The notes under the pieces: model-generated
The model's database searches: none
Told to the model about the DNA's origin: nothing
What the model saw: the letters and a program-made list of their open reading frames with translations, nothing else
Made by a program: the position numbers and the translations under genes
Assembly (NCBI RefSeq): GCF_016432865.1
Contig: NC_067398.1
Location: 352,656,001-352,720,000 of the forward strand
Direction: 5' to 3'
DNA: 64,000 nt
Origin: Antechinus flavipes
Lineage: Eukaryota
Shown here: positions 62,890-64,000 of the stretch, in pieces
Layout of the letters: every line of letters begins with the position of its first letter
Position numbering within the stretch: the stretch's first letter is position 1

Positions 62890-63630
62890 AATATGTACAT
62901 GTACCACCATCACCCTTATCTACCTCCTGTCTCCAGAACACCTTGAAGCTTCAATAGGTACCCCTTTGAAGGAAGGCTAGACACCAAGGCAATGACTAGT
63001 GAGTAAGAGTACCATTTCCTTTTCATTTCTAATGGATTAGAATGAGTTGCACAGCATGAGAAAGGCACAGATGGTTTGCAATCTACCTTGCATATCTCCT
63101 TCATGCCCACCCTCAGCCTACTCATATCCCAAAATTTCCTATTTCTATTGAAAGTATTACTATCATTGAAAGTTATCCAGATTTGCAATCTGTATTACCC
63201 TCAGCCCCTTATTTTTAACTCCTACCACATAAAAGAAAATGCTAGATCTTCTCATTCCTATAACCACATCATCTCTCATTCATTGTCTTCTCTCTATTCA
63301 ATAACTTGGTTCAGTCCTTCATCATCTGCTGCCTGTACTATTGCATTTGCTTCCTAATTGGCTGCCTTGCCACACATCTCTCCTTTTAACAATTTATCAT
63401 CTACTCACTTGCTAAAGTGATTTTCCTAAAGCATCGGTTTGACCATGTCACCTCTCATATAAATTCCAGTAGCTACTTAAATACCTTTATGATCAAATAG
63501 AAACTCTTCTGTTTGGCAAATAAAGCATTTCAAAACCTCAGTCCTACTTATTCTTTTGATTTTTCATTATTTCCCTTCTTACATTTTATATTCCAGATGA
63601 ATTGGTGTTCTTGTTGTTCTTTACACTCAT
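62890..63630 (+). mobile_element. L2 (RT end and 3'UTR)
   Basis: ctttctcattcctataaccacatc...ttgctaaagtgattttcctaaagcatcggtttgaccatgtcac. ORFs 62916..63188 and 63076..63357 derive from it. Confidence 0.75.
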
Positions 63631-64000
63631 ACAAAAACATAACTAAAAATCCAACCATGAATAGTACGAATACCATAAATTAAACAGAATCAGGTAAAGA
63701 AAGAGGAATGGATTTATGCTGAAAATATTCTGCTGGGTTGAAAAAAAGATAATTAATTTTTGTTTGTTTTGTGTTACACAAGGTGATTATATCTTCATCT
63801 ACATTTAGATATACCTACTATCTAAAAATATTAGTGCTACTGAAATACTGTTGGGCACACATCTAGACAAAAAGACAGGCTGCCAGCTTCCATATACCTA
63901 TTCTAGAAAAAAAGCTGAAATTTGTAGCAAACTGAAAAGTAAGCAACATTTTTATTGAAAAAATATAGTAAGTCAGCTTTTTTATACCATGATTGTGCAA

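Noticed and set aside
1-64000. CRISPR arrays, operons, rRNA, NUMTs, intact transposase or retroviral ORFs
   Set aside because: None seen. There are no regularly spaced repeat-spacer units and no ORF longer than 142 aa, and the sequence is mammalian intronic/intergenic in character.

Overview
AT-rich, strongly CpG-depleted vertebrate genomic DNA, most likely marsupial and probably dasyurid. That call is inferred from the repeats, recognised from memory of the consensus families and not from a database search: MAR1-type and WSINE1-type SINEs, MdoRep1-like elements, a 7SL-derived SINE, MIR/L2/L3, marsupial L1 3' ends, and an OC1-type hAT MITE. No protein-coding exon could be supported. The ORF-track entries are microsatellite translations, antisense shadows of LINE fragments, or short unrecognisable ORFs. 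Roughly half of the window is old interspersed repeat. The one clear functional landmark is a CpG-rich, promoter-like island at about 35.5-36.5 kb (37 CpGs in about 850 bp). It carries eight CAGCTG E-boxes, octamer, forkhead and AP-1/ARE motifs, and strong splice donors on both strands. Several non-repetitive blocks look like non-coding exons of a minus-strand transcript (5' leader or lncRNA), but the gene cannot be named. I found no evidence for a new multi-gene system. The more unusual observations are local: a 97% identical 171-bp templated duplication, a roughly 290-bp AT-rich palindrome, fold-back insertions, a MITE from a horizontally transferred family, and an unclassified repeat pair. 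Repeat boundaries are by-eye estimates (plus or minus tens of bp) unless TIRs or TSDs are quoted.
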